Source: Bryobacterales bacterium | GTDB lineage: Bacteria > Acidobacteriota > Terriglobia > Bryobacterales > UBA6623 | Direction: 5' to 3' | NCBI GenBank assembly: GCA_022823865.1 | Contig: JAJEHF010000215.1 | Coordinates: 2,924-66,923, forward strand | Length of the DNA stretch: 64,000 nt | Shown here: one piece after another, positions 7,801-16,957 of the stretch | How the letters are laid out: each line of letters opens with the position of its first letter | How positions within the stretch are numbered: the first letter of the stretch is position 1 | Notes under the pieces: model-generated | What the model was told of the DNA's origin: nothing | What the model saw: the letters and a program-made list of their open reading frames with translations, nothing else | The model's database searches: none | Program-made: the position numbers and the translations under genes

Positions 7801-10193
7801 ACCCGCGAGAGAAGCGTATCGATCTGCTCCCCGGCGCGGGCCGCGGTTCCGGCGACCGCCGAATTCAACGCATCAAGATCCTCGTGCCCGCAAGCGTTCG
7901 CAACCAGAGACTTGACCTTAGGGCCTGCCGCGGTCACGTCGAACCCTTCCTCCCCAATGAGGCGCGTGATGCCCTGCAAATCTCGCCAAGCGTTGGCGGC
8001 TTGCGACAGCGGCTCGGCGCCGGCGGCACTGAACACCGCTGCGGCAGTCGGAGCCGGATCGTCAAGGCCCGCTGCGAAACCTGTTAACTGCAGGAACCGC
8101 GCGGCCCTCTCGACATCATCCAGCCCGCCGCGCACACGAGCGTAGCTAGACACGCCAGGCTCGGCCCGACCTTCCGGCGCCTCGCGCAACTGGGCGATCA
8201 GGGACTCGTTCGCGGCGTACTCGGCAAGGGCTTCGCTCCGCGCTCGGTCGAAGTGCAGGCCGATTTCAGAACCGCCGGACTCGAACACGCAACGTGCCCG
8301 CGTAAGCGCGGGGATTCCTCCGGGAGCGACATTCCTGCAATGCTCCGCCAGTTCCGAGAGCGGCAGCACGAGAAGGGAACGCGAGCCGGGCCGAACCGGC
8401 GAGAACAACAGGCTGTCCTCTGCCAAGTCGGTCAGGGCCTTTCGAAAACGCCGGCGCAGGCGCTCGTGGTCGCCAGAGCGCCAGCCATCATGGACGAACA
8501 GCGTCTCGACTGCCACGCCGGGATAGACTTCCCGGCTGGCGAGGTCGCCCAAGAATATGGCGGCGACTCCACCCGCGCGCTGCGGCCCAACCCGTTCGAG
8601 AACATCCGCGACGACCGCGCCAAGCACGGTCGCAACCGACGCTTCCGCAAGATTGGACAGCGCAATCTTCGCCTCAGCAGGCGACAGGTTGCCGCGCACG
8701 ACATGCATGCCGATCTGAAATGCCTTGTCGTTCGACCAGTTTCGGACGATTTCAGCCGATTCCTTCGCATCAGCTGTCGGCAATTCGGCAATCATGTCCT
8801 TCATTTCCTGAACGCCCATTTCGCGCGTCCAGTAGAGTCTCGTCAGCCCACGCCGCGCAATCGCTTCGGATTGCTGATCCGGCCCGAATCCGCTCGGCAG
8901 GTCCAGATCCGTGAATTCGCGGTCCTGCAAGTTGTCGAGCAGCTCCGAGTTGCGCTCGATCGACTTGGCGAGCCGCGGGGCGGTGCCGAAAATCTCGACA
9001 ATCGCCTCGAAGGCATCAGGTCGCGCTGCGGAGGCCGGGCTGTCGTAGGCGCTCCAGTCCTCGATTTCTGGATAGAAGTGCATTCGCCATTGATCTACCA
9101 GCGGGTCCATCCTTGCGAACCAGCGCTTCGGCCGCAGCACGATGTTCATCATGTCGGCGTAGGTTCCCGGCAGCTCCGGCGATTCGTCCGGGCCACGAGC
9201 TTGGAGGAGCGGATAGTGGCGGGATGCCATCGCATGATGATCTGCATGCCGCTGCATGTTGAAGAACATCCAGTTGCTGAACTTCCAATCGGCACTCCAC
9301 GAGTGGCGTGGCAGCACCTTTTCCCAACGACCGTTCGGCAGACGGACCCGTCGCAAACCGTAGTGTTGAAAATAGTTGCTGATCTTCATCGAAAAGACGC
9401 AGCTCAATCCGAGAGAGGCAAAGACCAGAACGGCCCAGATCCCGCTCATCCAGAAGACTAGCCCGTACCAGAACGCAACAGCCGCTGCGTAGCGCCAAAA
9501 CGGATTGCTGTAGTGCCACATAGATCGCTGGCGCCGCGCAAGGCGTTCGCGGGCAACCTCCCAAGAATTGGTGAGGTTGCTTACAACCTCCTTGGGGAAA
9601 TACCTCCAGAAACTTTCGCCCTTTGGAGCGGATCCCACGTCATGCGGCGTGCCAACCTTCGCGTGGTGGATATAGACATGCTCCGTGGCATATTGCGGAT
9701 AGGAAGCACAAGCAAGGAGAAACTCCCCGAGCCGCCTTTCCCAAGCAAAACGCCGGTGAATGAGTTCGTGACCGACTACAAACACAGCCTGTGCTTCCAT
9801 GGTCAAGATGATTGCTAGGAGCACGTCTTCCCAGATTGAGAACGGATTCGCGACAAGGATCTGCCACATGCCGAAGATGAGTGTCGGCGGCCACAGAAAC
9901 GCCCACCCCCAGACGGGCAGATTGTGCCAGAACAAGTGGCGCTCTGACGTCTTCTCCGGGTCCATATTGCGGCCGTCGAGGCCCAGCGCCCGGTCAAGCG
10001 GCCCCGCGACGCTCATGAAGAGGAATGCCGGCAACAACCACCAGCCGCCATAGGCTGCGGCGAGAAGAATCAATGGAAAGATCCCTAGTGGCAGATAGTG
10101 CGGGATGGCGTTACGGATCGTAGGTTCGATTTCCTGGGTGGAGGCAGCCCTGTTCGAGCCCAAGCCACCACCTATAGCTGTAGCTTGCGGCAT
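7797..10193 (-). CDS. AlkB-like membrane di-iron hydroxylase fused to a degenerate GlnE-like nucleotidyltransferase domain
   Basis: His boxes HELIHR, EHVYIHH, NYFQHYGL and QRHADHH in the N-terminal ~400 aa. The C-terminal ~400 aa align by eye with the GlnE in this window, but GKLGGxELNxxSDVDL is replaced by GDLASREVYPGVAVET. GGIRDIEFLVQCLQ corresponds to GGLDDVERAARFLQ. Confidence 0.8.
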   Translation of the reverse strand: MPQATAIGGGLGSNRAASTQEIEPTIRNAIPHYLPLGIFPLILLAAAYGGWWLLPAFLFMSVAGPLDRALGLDGRNMDPEKTSERHLFWHNLPVWGWAFLWPPTLIFGMWQILVANPFSIWEDVLLAIILTMEAQAVFVVGHELIHRRFAWERRLGEFLLACASYPQYATEHVYIHHAKVGTPHDVGSAPKGESFWRYFPKEVVSNLTNSWEVARERLARRQRSMWHYSNPFWRYAAAVAFWYGLVFWMSGIWAVLVFASLGLSCVFSMKISNYFQHYGLRRVRLPNGRWEKVLPRHSWSADWKFSNWMFFNMQRHADHHAMASRHYPLLQARGPDESPELPGTYADMMNIVLRPKRWFARMDPLVDQWRMHFYPEIEDWSAYDSPASAARPDAFEAIVEIFGTAPRLAKSIERNSELLDNLQDREFTDLDLPSGFGPDQQSEAIARRGLTRLYWTREMGVQEMKDMIAELPTADAKESAEIVRNWSNDKAFQIGMHVVRGNLSPAEAKIALSNLAEASVATVLGAVVADVLERVGPQRAGGVAAIFLGDLASREVYPGVAVETLFVHDGWRSGDHERLRRRFRKALTDLAEDSLLFSPVRPGSRSLLVLPLSELAEHCRNVAPGGIPALTRARCVFESGGSEIGLHFDRARSEALAEYAANESLIAQLREAPEGRAEPGVSSYARVRGGLDDVERAARFLQLTGFAAGLDDPAPTAAAVFSAAGAEPLSQAANAWRDLQGITRLIGEEGFDVTAAGPKVKSLVANACGHEDLDALNSAVAGTAARAGEQIDTLLSRV

Positions 10194-10270
10194 AGCAGTC
10201 CCCCTAATGGACTATCGCTCCCTAGCATTGACGTTCATGTTACCACCGGATGACCCAACCTGCAAGTCCT

Positions 10271-11569
10271 TCAATCCCTTATGGTTTCGACAAGACGTTC
10301 CAGAGCTTCGATACAAAATGCCGAGGTCACTGCTTCCGATCCGTGCCCGATCCTCCCCACCGCGCCCCACTTCAAGAATTGGTCACCAAACGCGAGAAGC
10401 TCCGGCCAGCTACCGTCCTCGCGTTGCGAATCTATGAACGCCTCGACCTGGTGCTTCGCATCGACGCTCTCAAGGCTTCCGACGCTGTAAAGCGCCGATG
10501 CCGCCTGCGCGGCCTGAAGGACGTTGCCGAATCCTCCGTTGTTGTCGCACAGACCTCGGATGCGGTCCGCAAGTATCGGGCGGAGTTGATCGAGAGCAGG
10601 CTGCACACGAACCACGGCGCGAGCGATCGCATAGTAGATCGCGACCGTATCCGGATACCACTTGGACGAGCCGTCGAGGCGGTCTTCGGCGATCAAGTCT
10701 TCCAACCATCGTTGGGCATCTTTCGTTTCCGGATGGTCGCCTAAGTAGGCAATCACATTCGCATTGACAACTGGGTCAGATTCGAGGCGAAATCTTGACA
10801 CAACGTTGGGCTCATCGTCTTCTAGGACCCAAGTTGAGAAACAGCCGTTTTCGTCGCGATTCTTCAATATTCTTGGAACGTTTCGTCCGAGAAGAATCCA
10901 AGGATGATTCCCGCCGACCAATGAACACAGCGCAGTGCTGTCAAGATCCTGGGGAAGATGGCTGTAATAGCGCCAAAAGCCGGGATATTCAATGGTGTCG
11001 GCAAGGTACCTCTTGGTAGCGGTGCACATGGCCTTGGCCCGCGCTTCATTGCAACTCTCCAAGGCAAGCACGCACAGGGCTGAAACGAAAGGAGGCCTTT
11101 CGAAATGCCGTGGAATATCCGGATCAGCCGTGTTGAAACGGATGCACTGCCAAGCCCCGTTCTTGTCGATCGTGGATTCCAAGAATGCGAGACCGCGGCG
11201 GATGCTGTCTCTACCCGCTCTCGCAAGCGTCCCAGAGACGGCAGCGATGGTTCGGGCTCCCGTCGCTCCCCGGGCGGGCCGGGCCGGCGGCGCGGGGTCG
11301 TAGAGTGTCTTGCGAAGAAAATCGAGCGATGCTGCTCCGGCTTTCGCCGCGCTCCGTTCGGCGTCACTGAGTTTCCTACGTGGCGGTAGCACCACGTGCG
11401 TCGAGGAATAGGTCTCTTCGTGTACGTGAATCTCGTGGCCTTCGGGCAGCGTCACGCCGAATTCCTTCTCGAATGCTTCGCTAGGTTTCTCGAGAAGAAG
11501 TTCGCGAAAGTCATCGTCCTCGCCAGCTCTTGATACCAGAAAATCTTCTGCGCCGATAGGTTCCTTCAT
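10271..11569 (-). CDS. NHLP (nitrile-hydratase-like) leader domain fused to an alpha/alpha-toroid prenyltransferase/terpene-cyclase-like repeat domain
   Basis: The N-terminus DDDFRELLLEKPSEAFEKEFGVTLPEGHEIHVHEETYSSTHVVLPP...KLSDAERSAAKAGAA matches the NHLP leader pattern, including a Gly-Ala/Gly-Gly-type cleavage region. The remaining ~350 aa carry spaced repeats (KNGAWQ, YPGFWRYY, ENGCFSTW, DGSSKWY, NNGGFGN, EDGSWPE) typical of prenyltransferase-beta/squalene-cyclase repeats. Confidence 0.75.
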   Translation of the reverse strand: MKEPIGAEDFLVSRAGEDDDFRELLLEKPSEAFEKEFGVTLPEGHEIHVHEETYSSTHVVLPPRRKLSDAERSAAKAGAASLDFLRKTLYDPAPPARPARGATGARTIAAVSGTLARAGRDSIRRGLAFLESTIDKNGAWQCIRFNTADPDIPRHFERPPFVSALCVLALESCNEARAKAMCTATKRYLADTIEYPGFWRYYSHLPQDLDSTALCSLVGGNHPWILLGRNVPRILKNRDENGCFSTWVLEDDEPNVVSRFRLESDPVVNANVIAYLGDHPETKDAQRWLEDLIAEDRLDGSSKWYPDTVAIYYAIARAVVRVQPALDQLRPILADRIRGLCDNNGGFGNVLQAAQAASALYSVGSLESVDAKHQVEAFIDSQREDGSWPELLAFGDQFLKWGAVGRIGHGSEAVTSAFCIEALERLVETIRD

Positions 11570-11597
11570 TGATGTCTTCCTCGTCCCCGGGCCTTTG

Positions 11598-11617
11598 TCG
11601 AGGGCGAATCCTCGACA
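11598..11617 (-). other. 7-bp stem-loop in the 5' region of the NHLP-fusion gene
   Basis: GTCGAGG-N6-CCTCGAC, ~29 nt upstream of the ATG at 11569, within the 234-nt gap after the ABC genes. Function unknown. Confidence 0.3.
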
Positions 11618-11803
11618 GCCAAGCTGATTCGAGCACTCGGATCATCACAGCCCCAAACTACTCCAAGGCCGCCCCGGGGAGCAGGAGCGGGAGATGCTGT
11701 CACGACTCCGATCTTGGGCAGGGCGGGATGAAATCCTATAGCCGGCCATCCGATCCTCGCCCACCAATGGAACGACAGCTCCCAGGCGGTTCGCCCATTC
11801 GGA

Positions 11804-14746
11804 TCAGGCGATCTGCCTCTTGACCAGTTCCTTGAACACCCCGTCGACCTCCATCAGGTCGCTGAACGAGCCGCTTTGCACCACTCTTCCGGCCTGCAAC
11901 ACATAGATGTGATCAGCCTGTTCCAGAGTGGACAGGCGGTGCGCGATCACGATCCGGGTGGAGGTGAGGGCAGTGAGGTTCCGCATCACTTTGGCCTGGC
12001 TCTCGTTGTCGAGCCAATTGGTTGCCTCGTCGAACAGCATGATTCGCGGGCTACCGATCACCGAGCGGGCGATCGTCACGCGCTGACTCTCGCCGCCTGA
12101 CAGGACAGCCCCGCTGGTGCCGACCATAGTCATCATGCCCATCGGCATGCTCTTGATTTCGCTTTCAACCTCGGCGATCTGGACCGCCTTCCATACTTCC
12201 TCGTTCGCCACTTCATCGCGGTGACCGACCAGATTGTCCCAGAGATCCAGAGGATGCAGTCCGACCGATTGAGGCACGGCGCCAATCTTCCTGCGCACCT
12301 GTCTCAGGTTCAGATGTCTCAAGTCGCGGCCGTCGTAATACACCGCGCCGGCGGTCGGCCGGTCGATTCCAAGCGCAAGCCGGAACAGCGTGCTCTTGCC
12401 AGCACCAGACTCACCGGCAATCGCGACGAACTCGCCCGGGCGGGCGCGAATCGTGACATCGTCGAGAATCAGCGGGCCATCCGGATCGTAGCGGAAGGAA
12501 ATACGGTCGAACAGGAGTTCGCCACCCAGATACTCGACTGGCTGTCCTTCGACATCGCTCTCAGGAACTGCAGCGAGCAGCGGACGCATCTGATCGAAGG
12601 CCGGCAGCATGGCGGCAACGGTGCCGAAGGACTCGCCGAGCCGCGCGATGGCGGACTGGAAAGCGATGAAGACGGTGTAAACGACGAGAAAATCGCCGAC
12701 CGGGACGTTCCCCGTGCCGATCTCGACCGTTGCAAAAAGCAATACCCCGCCAGCAACAAAGGGGAGCGCGGCACCGAATGCCCGCAAATGTCCCTCCAGT
12801 GCGCCCAGTTCAAATTCCGCGCGTTTCTGCTCGCGATAATCCCGTGCCCAGATAGCGAAAGCCGACCCTTCCGCGTTTTCCACGCGCAGCTTGCCGATAC
12901 CCCCCACGATCTGGAAGAGCCGACCGGCGACACGACGCGCTGCGCCGAGCATTCGCGCATACGGTGGAATCTGGCGCAGCCCAAGGACGACGGTGATTAG
13001 CAGAGAAGCCAAGCTGAAGACGAGTGCGACAGTTCCGAGGGTGGCATCGTAGAAGAAGATGAGGCCGAGAGCCGGAAGCAGGAAGATGATCGACAGCAGG
13101 CTATCGGCGACGACTCCGTGCAAGCCATCGCGAAGATTCTGGAAGGTCATTCCCGACATCGCCAGATCTCCGGATGGATGTCGGTGCAGAATGCTTGGCG
13201 GAAGACGCATGAGGCGGTCCCAGAAGGCAGCCTCGACCCGAGACGCCGAGCGCCCCTCAAGCCGCATCATCGCTGTGCTTTGAAAGACGTGCAGCAGTGC
13301 CCCGAGCAGGCCAAACCCCGCCAATGCCACCGCCATGGCATATAGCGCCCCAGAGGTTTCACCGGCCATCACTTGGTTCGCGACGAATCCAAGCGCGAGT
13401 GCCGGCAGCAGCTTGATCAGACCGCCGGGAAGCCCGGCAATCACCAGCCGCGCCAATTCTGCGGCCGATCCCCGCAGGGCGATCCTCAGAAGGTCTGCCG
13501 GCTTCACAGTCCCCGACGGCAACGGGCGATAGAACACCCAAGCCTTCTCCCCAAGCGCACCGGCACGGCGGGCCGTGATGCGGACGCGGCGCTTGCTGAC
13601 CGGGTCGATTTCCCGGTAGCTTCCGAACATTCCCGGAAGTAGCGCTACGGGATGGCCGTCCTCGGCGCGGAATGCCAGCATCGCATTGCTGTCGCCGCGC
13701 CACCATTTCCGCTCGGATGTGAATCGCACGCGCCGGGCGCGTACCCCGGACGCATCGAGAACGTCAACGAGGCCGACTGGGGAGTCAGAAGGGCTCGGGC
13801 GCACTGGAATCTTGAAATCGATTCCTTCATGGCGACCAATGACTTGGAGGGCGTCCGCCAGAGCCGTGTCCTCGACGTTGGCGTGCCGGTCGATCGGCAG
13901 GTCATAAATGTTGAACAGCCTCTGCCGCGCGGCTTTTTCCGCCATGCGGCGGCTCGTTGTCCGCGCTCGTTCGAGATTCGCATCATCGACCACTGCCAGT
14001 CGGCGGTTAAGGCGTTCCAAATAGAAAGCAATCGAGTGAAAGGATGCGAGCGCCGGCAGCAGAGTGCCTTGCTGTGCCAGCGTTTCACTTGACTTGCCTG
14101 AGATCGTCACTTCGTCGAACAATGTCAGCCAGCTTGTTCGCGTCAGCGGTATCAAGGCTTCGTGCGGGCCGCTCGCACCGGCATGTTCTGCTGGGTCAGC
14201 GATGCCCATGAATAGGCTCGCGCCGAGCGGCGGCTCGGACACCCATACCACGCCACGCCGCACGGATAGCGTGCAAGGGGACAAGGTCTGAGTCAGGCCG
14301 GGCTCGGCCAGCGCAGTCGGCCTCGGAGGCCGGCTCACGAAGCGCGCAAGTGAGTCAGCAATAGCGGTCAGCCAAGTATCGGTCTGTTCTGCAAGCTCTG
14401 CCGGAGAAACGTCGGACAGGGAGGATGCCGGCAGACGTTTGAGAAGGGTTCCTGGCGATCCCTTGGCAATCAGGCTGAGGGTCGTGTCTTCGTCATTGCC
14501 TCGCTCGTCCGGTGCGACACCCGGCAGCAACCAGCCCGACTCGAGGCTCAGCAAATGCTGCGGGGTCGCCTGCTCCACCCCGTCCTTGAGTTCGATCAGG
14601 AAAAGGTTGACGGCACCCCGTTCGATGAACCAGACGCTATCCAGGTCGTCGAGTTTCAGCGGCAGGTTGCCGGCGCAGGGCACGGAAGCACCCGAGCGAG
14701 CCGCGAGCTCGGCAAGTGATGTGTACCCCGGACTTGTTTCCCGCAT
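11804..14746 (-). CDS. NHLP/NHLM-type bacteriocin export ABC protein ('ABC2'): cNMP-binding-like domain + non-catalytic C39-like domain + TMD + NBD
   Basis: 980 aa. N-terminal beta-roll-like segment (DSVWFIERGAVNLFLIE), a C39-like region without a catalytic Cys, Walker A GESGAGKST, signature LSGGESQR and Walker B IMLFDEATNWLD. The start overlaps the upstream stop (TGATG at 14744-14748). Confidence 0.8.
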   Translation of the reverse strand: MRETSPGYTSLAELAARSGASVPCAGNLPLKLDDLDSVWFIERGAVNLFLIELKDGVEQATPQHLLSLESGWLLPGVAPDERGNDEDTTLSLIAKGSPGTLLKRLPASSLSDVSPAELAEQTDTWLTAIADSLARFVSRPPRPTALAEPGLTQTLSPCTLSVRRGVVWVSEPPLGASLFMGIADPAEHAGASGPHEALIPLTRTSWLTLFDEVTISGKSSETLAQQGTLLPALASFHSIAFYLERLNRRLAVVDDANLERARTTSRRMAEKAARQRLFNIYDLPIDRHANVEDTALADALQVIGRHEGIDFKIPVRPSPSDSPVGLVDVLDASGVRARRVRFTSERKWWRGDSNAMLAFRAEDGHPVALLPGMFGSYREIDPVSKRRVRITARRAGALGEKAWVFYRPLPSGTVKPADLLRIALRGSAAELARLVIAGLPGGLIKLLPALALGFVANQVMAGETSGALYAMAVALAGFGLLGALLHVFQSTAMMRLEGRSASRVEAAFWDRLMRLPPSILHRHPSGDLAMSGMTFQNLRDGLHGVVADSLLSIIFLLPALGLIFFYDATLGTVALVFSLASLLITVVLGLRQIPPYARMLGAARRVAGRLFQIVGGIGKLRVENAEGSAFAIWARDYREQKRAEFELGALEGHLRAFGAALPFVAGGVLLFATVEIGTGNVPVGDFLVVYTVFIAFQSAIARLGESFGTVAAMLPAFDQMRPLLAAVPESDVEGQPVEYLGGELLFDRISFRYDPDGPLILDDVTIRARPGEFVAIAGESGAGKSTLFRLALGIDRPTAGAVYYDGRDLRHLNLRQVRRKIGAVPQSVGLHPLDLWDNLVGHRDEVANEEVWKAVQIAEVESEIKSMPMGMMTMVGTSGAVLSGGESQRVTIARSVIGSPRIMLFDEATNWLDNESQAKVMRNLTALTSTRIVIAHRLSTLEQADHIYVLQAGRVVQSGSFSDLMEVDGVFKELVKRQIA

Positions 14747-16956
14747 CAGCCTGCCCTGACCAGCTTGTAGTACGTGCCGTCCCGATCCGCAATCAATTCC
14801 TCGTGCGTGCCGCGCTGCACTTCGACGCCCTTGTCCAGCACGATGATCTCGTCGCAGTCCCGCACGGTGCTTAGCCGGTGGGCCACGATCAGGCAGGTAA
14901 CACCCCGGCGCCGCAGGGCGTCGTCGACATCTTCCTCTGTCGCGGCATCCAGAGCGCTGGTTGCCTCGTCCAGGATCAGCACCGTCGGGTTGCCCACCAG
15001 AGCGCGGGCGATTTCGAGTCGCTGCCGCTGCCCGCCGCTGAAATTCACGCCGCCCTCCTCGACGACGGTCGAATATCCGTTCGGCCTGACCAGGATTTCG
15101 TCATGGATGCGCGCATCTCGTGTCGCGGCGAAGATGGCTTCGTCCGGAACCGCTGGATTCCACAAGGTGATGTTGTCGCGCAGGGACGCAGAGAAGAGTA
15201 CGCATTCCTGATCCACCATGGAAACGGACTGCCGCAGCACTCCCTCGGGAATCTCGTCACGCAAATGGCCATCAAACAGAATCTCACCCGACCAAGGCCG
15301 ATAGACGCCCGCAGCCAGACGCGCCAAGGTCGACTTGCCGGATCCGCTGGGGCCGACCACGGCAACTCGCTGCCCTGGCTTGATCACGAGGCTGAAGTCC
15401 TTCAGCAAAGCTGGCCGGCTCTTATTGAAGCCGAAGGTGACGTCTCGCAGTTCGAGCTAGCCCGCAAGCTGGAGTCGGCCGTTGAATGTCGAAATTGACC
15501 CCGATTCGGTACCCCGGCGGCTGAAGACGGGGTCTTCGGCGGTCTTGGAGATGTCGTCGAGTCGTTGCAAATCGGTCGCAAGCTCCTGGCGCTTGTCGGC
15601 GAACTCTAGGAAGCGCCCGATAGGAGCCAAGAACATCTCAGCCAAGATATAGAAGCCAGCCAGCGTCCCTAGGGTCATTTCTCCGGTCATCACCAGCCCC
15701 CCTCCGACACCAAGGACCGCCGCGCTGCGGAGTCCGGCGACCAGGCCCGGAAGTGCGGTGTTGACGGAGCCCAGTTCGGAATAGAGCTGGCGCGCCTGCA
15801 GCTCGCGGGCCTGCTGACCGCTCCAGCGCGAGAAAAATCGGTCATCGGCCCCCGTCATGCGCAGGTTGTCCGCATGACTGAGCATCTGCATGCCGACGCC
15901 AATCAGCAACCCCTGCTCGCGCCTCATCGCCTGGCTTCGAACAGCCCGGGCCGCGTTGAGAAAGTGGGCCAGCATCCCGTGCAGCACGCCCAGGAGCACC
16001 ACAATCAGCGCGAGCAGGACATCGTATGTCAACATCGCGATGAGCAACACCGCACTCATCGCTATGTCGACAATGAGCACGATGAACTCGTCCGTCAGCT
16101 TCTTCGCGATCCGGTCCATCGAGGAAACCCGATCGGTCAAATCGCCCACCAGCCTGTGTTGAAAAAACTCCACCGGAAATCGCAGAAGCCGCGACAAGCC
16201 CCGACTTCGACCGATCACCGAAATCCGGATTGACAGCCGCTTCAGGAACCGGTGCTTGAGCAATGACAGGATGTATGTCAAGACGCCGCCGCCAATCAAG
16301 GCCACCACCAATCTGTCCCAAGCTCCATGATTTTCCAGAACGTCGTCCACAAATATGCTGAGAGAGATAGGAACAATGAGGGCTAACAGAGTCAACATAA
16401 ATCCGCAAGCAATTACCCCAGAAAGTATACTCCATGATCCGGCAAATAAAGCTCGCAATTTCCCGAGAAATCCGGACTGCTCTCCTCCTAGAGTAAAGTT
16501 GGGTCCGCGCTTGAACCGCAACGCAATTCCACTATATCCTTGGTTGAACTCCTCAGTGGAAATCTTGCGTCTCCCTGTAGACGGATCATTGAGATAGAAA
16601 CTGTTGGCATCGAAGCCTTCAAGAACAACGAAATGGCTGAACTGCCAAAACAAGATCAGTGGCAACTCCAGCCTCCTTAGTTGACCGGCACGTATGCTGA
16701 GTCCATTGCATTCGAGGCCGTAGTGTCTGGAAGCGCGCACGATGCTCGCCGCACTGCTTCCGTCTCGGCTCACCTCGCATTTCTCGCGCAACTCGGTGAG
16801 CGGCACCCACCGCCCGAAGTAGCCAAGCACACTGCCCAAACAGGCGGCGCCACACTCTGATGCGTGCATCTGCAACAGTACTGGCGTGGCTATCTTTCGT
16901 TTTATTGGGTCTGGTTCGGCGGTATTTCTAGAATTTCTAGAAGCGTGGATTGGCAT
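14746..16956 (-). pseudogene. C39 peptidase-containing ABC exporter (PCAT, 'ABC1') interrupted by one in-frame TAG at 15457-15459
   Basis: C39 catalytic region QMHASECGAACLGSVLGYFG plus FSHFVVLEG, a TMD, and an NBD ([29 protein letters not shown]). The two ORFs share a frame, and reading through the stop gives ...[36 protein letters not shown]..., a normal TMD-NBD junction. The start is coupled to the HlyD-like stop (TAAGATG at 16954-16960). Confidence 0.85.
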
Positions 16957-16957
16957 C

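Noticed and set aside
11646-11750. A 34-codon minus-strand ORF (MAGYRISSRPAQDRSRDSISRSCSPGRPWSSLGL) with a GAGGA 4 nt upstream, in the gap before the NHLP-fusion gene, as a possible short precursor.
   Set aside because: It has no NHLP/Nif11 leader and no Gly-Gly site, and its composition is what random high-GC sequence gives. ORFs of this length are expected by chance. It is kept only as something for a small-ORF-aware tool to re-examine.
3147-15459. The two in-frame TAG codons as evidence of amber reassignment (pyrrolysine or other recoding).
   Set aside because: TAG also serves as the ordinary stop of the RND gene (469-471) and of the halogenase itself (3969-3971). No pyl genes are present in the window, and only two genes are affected. 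Nonsense mutation or base error is the simpler explanation.
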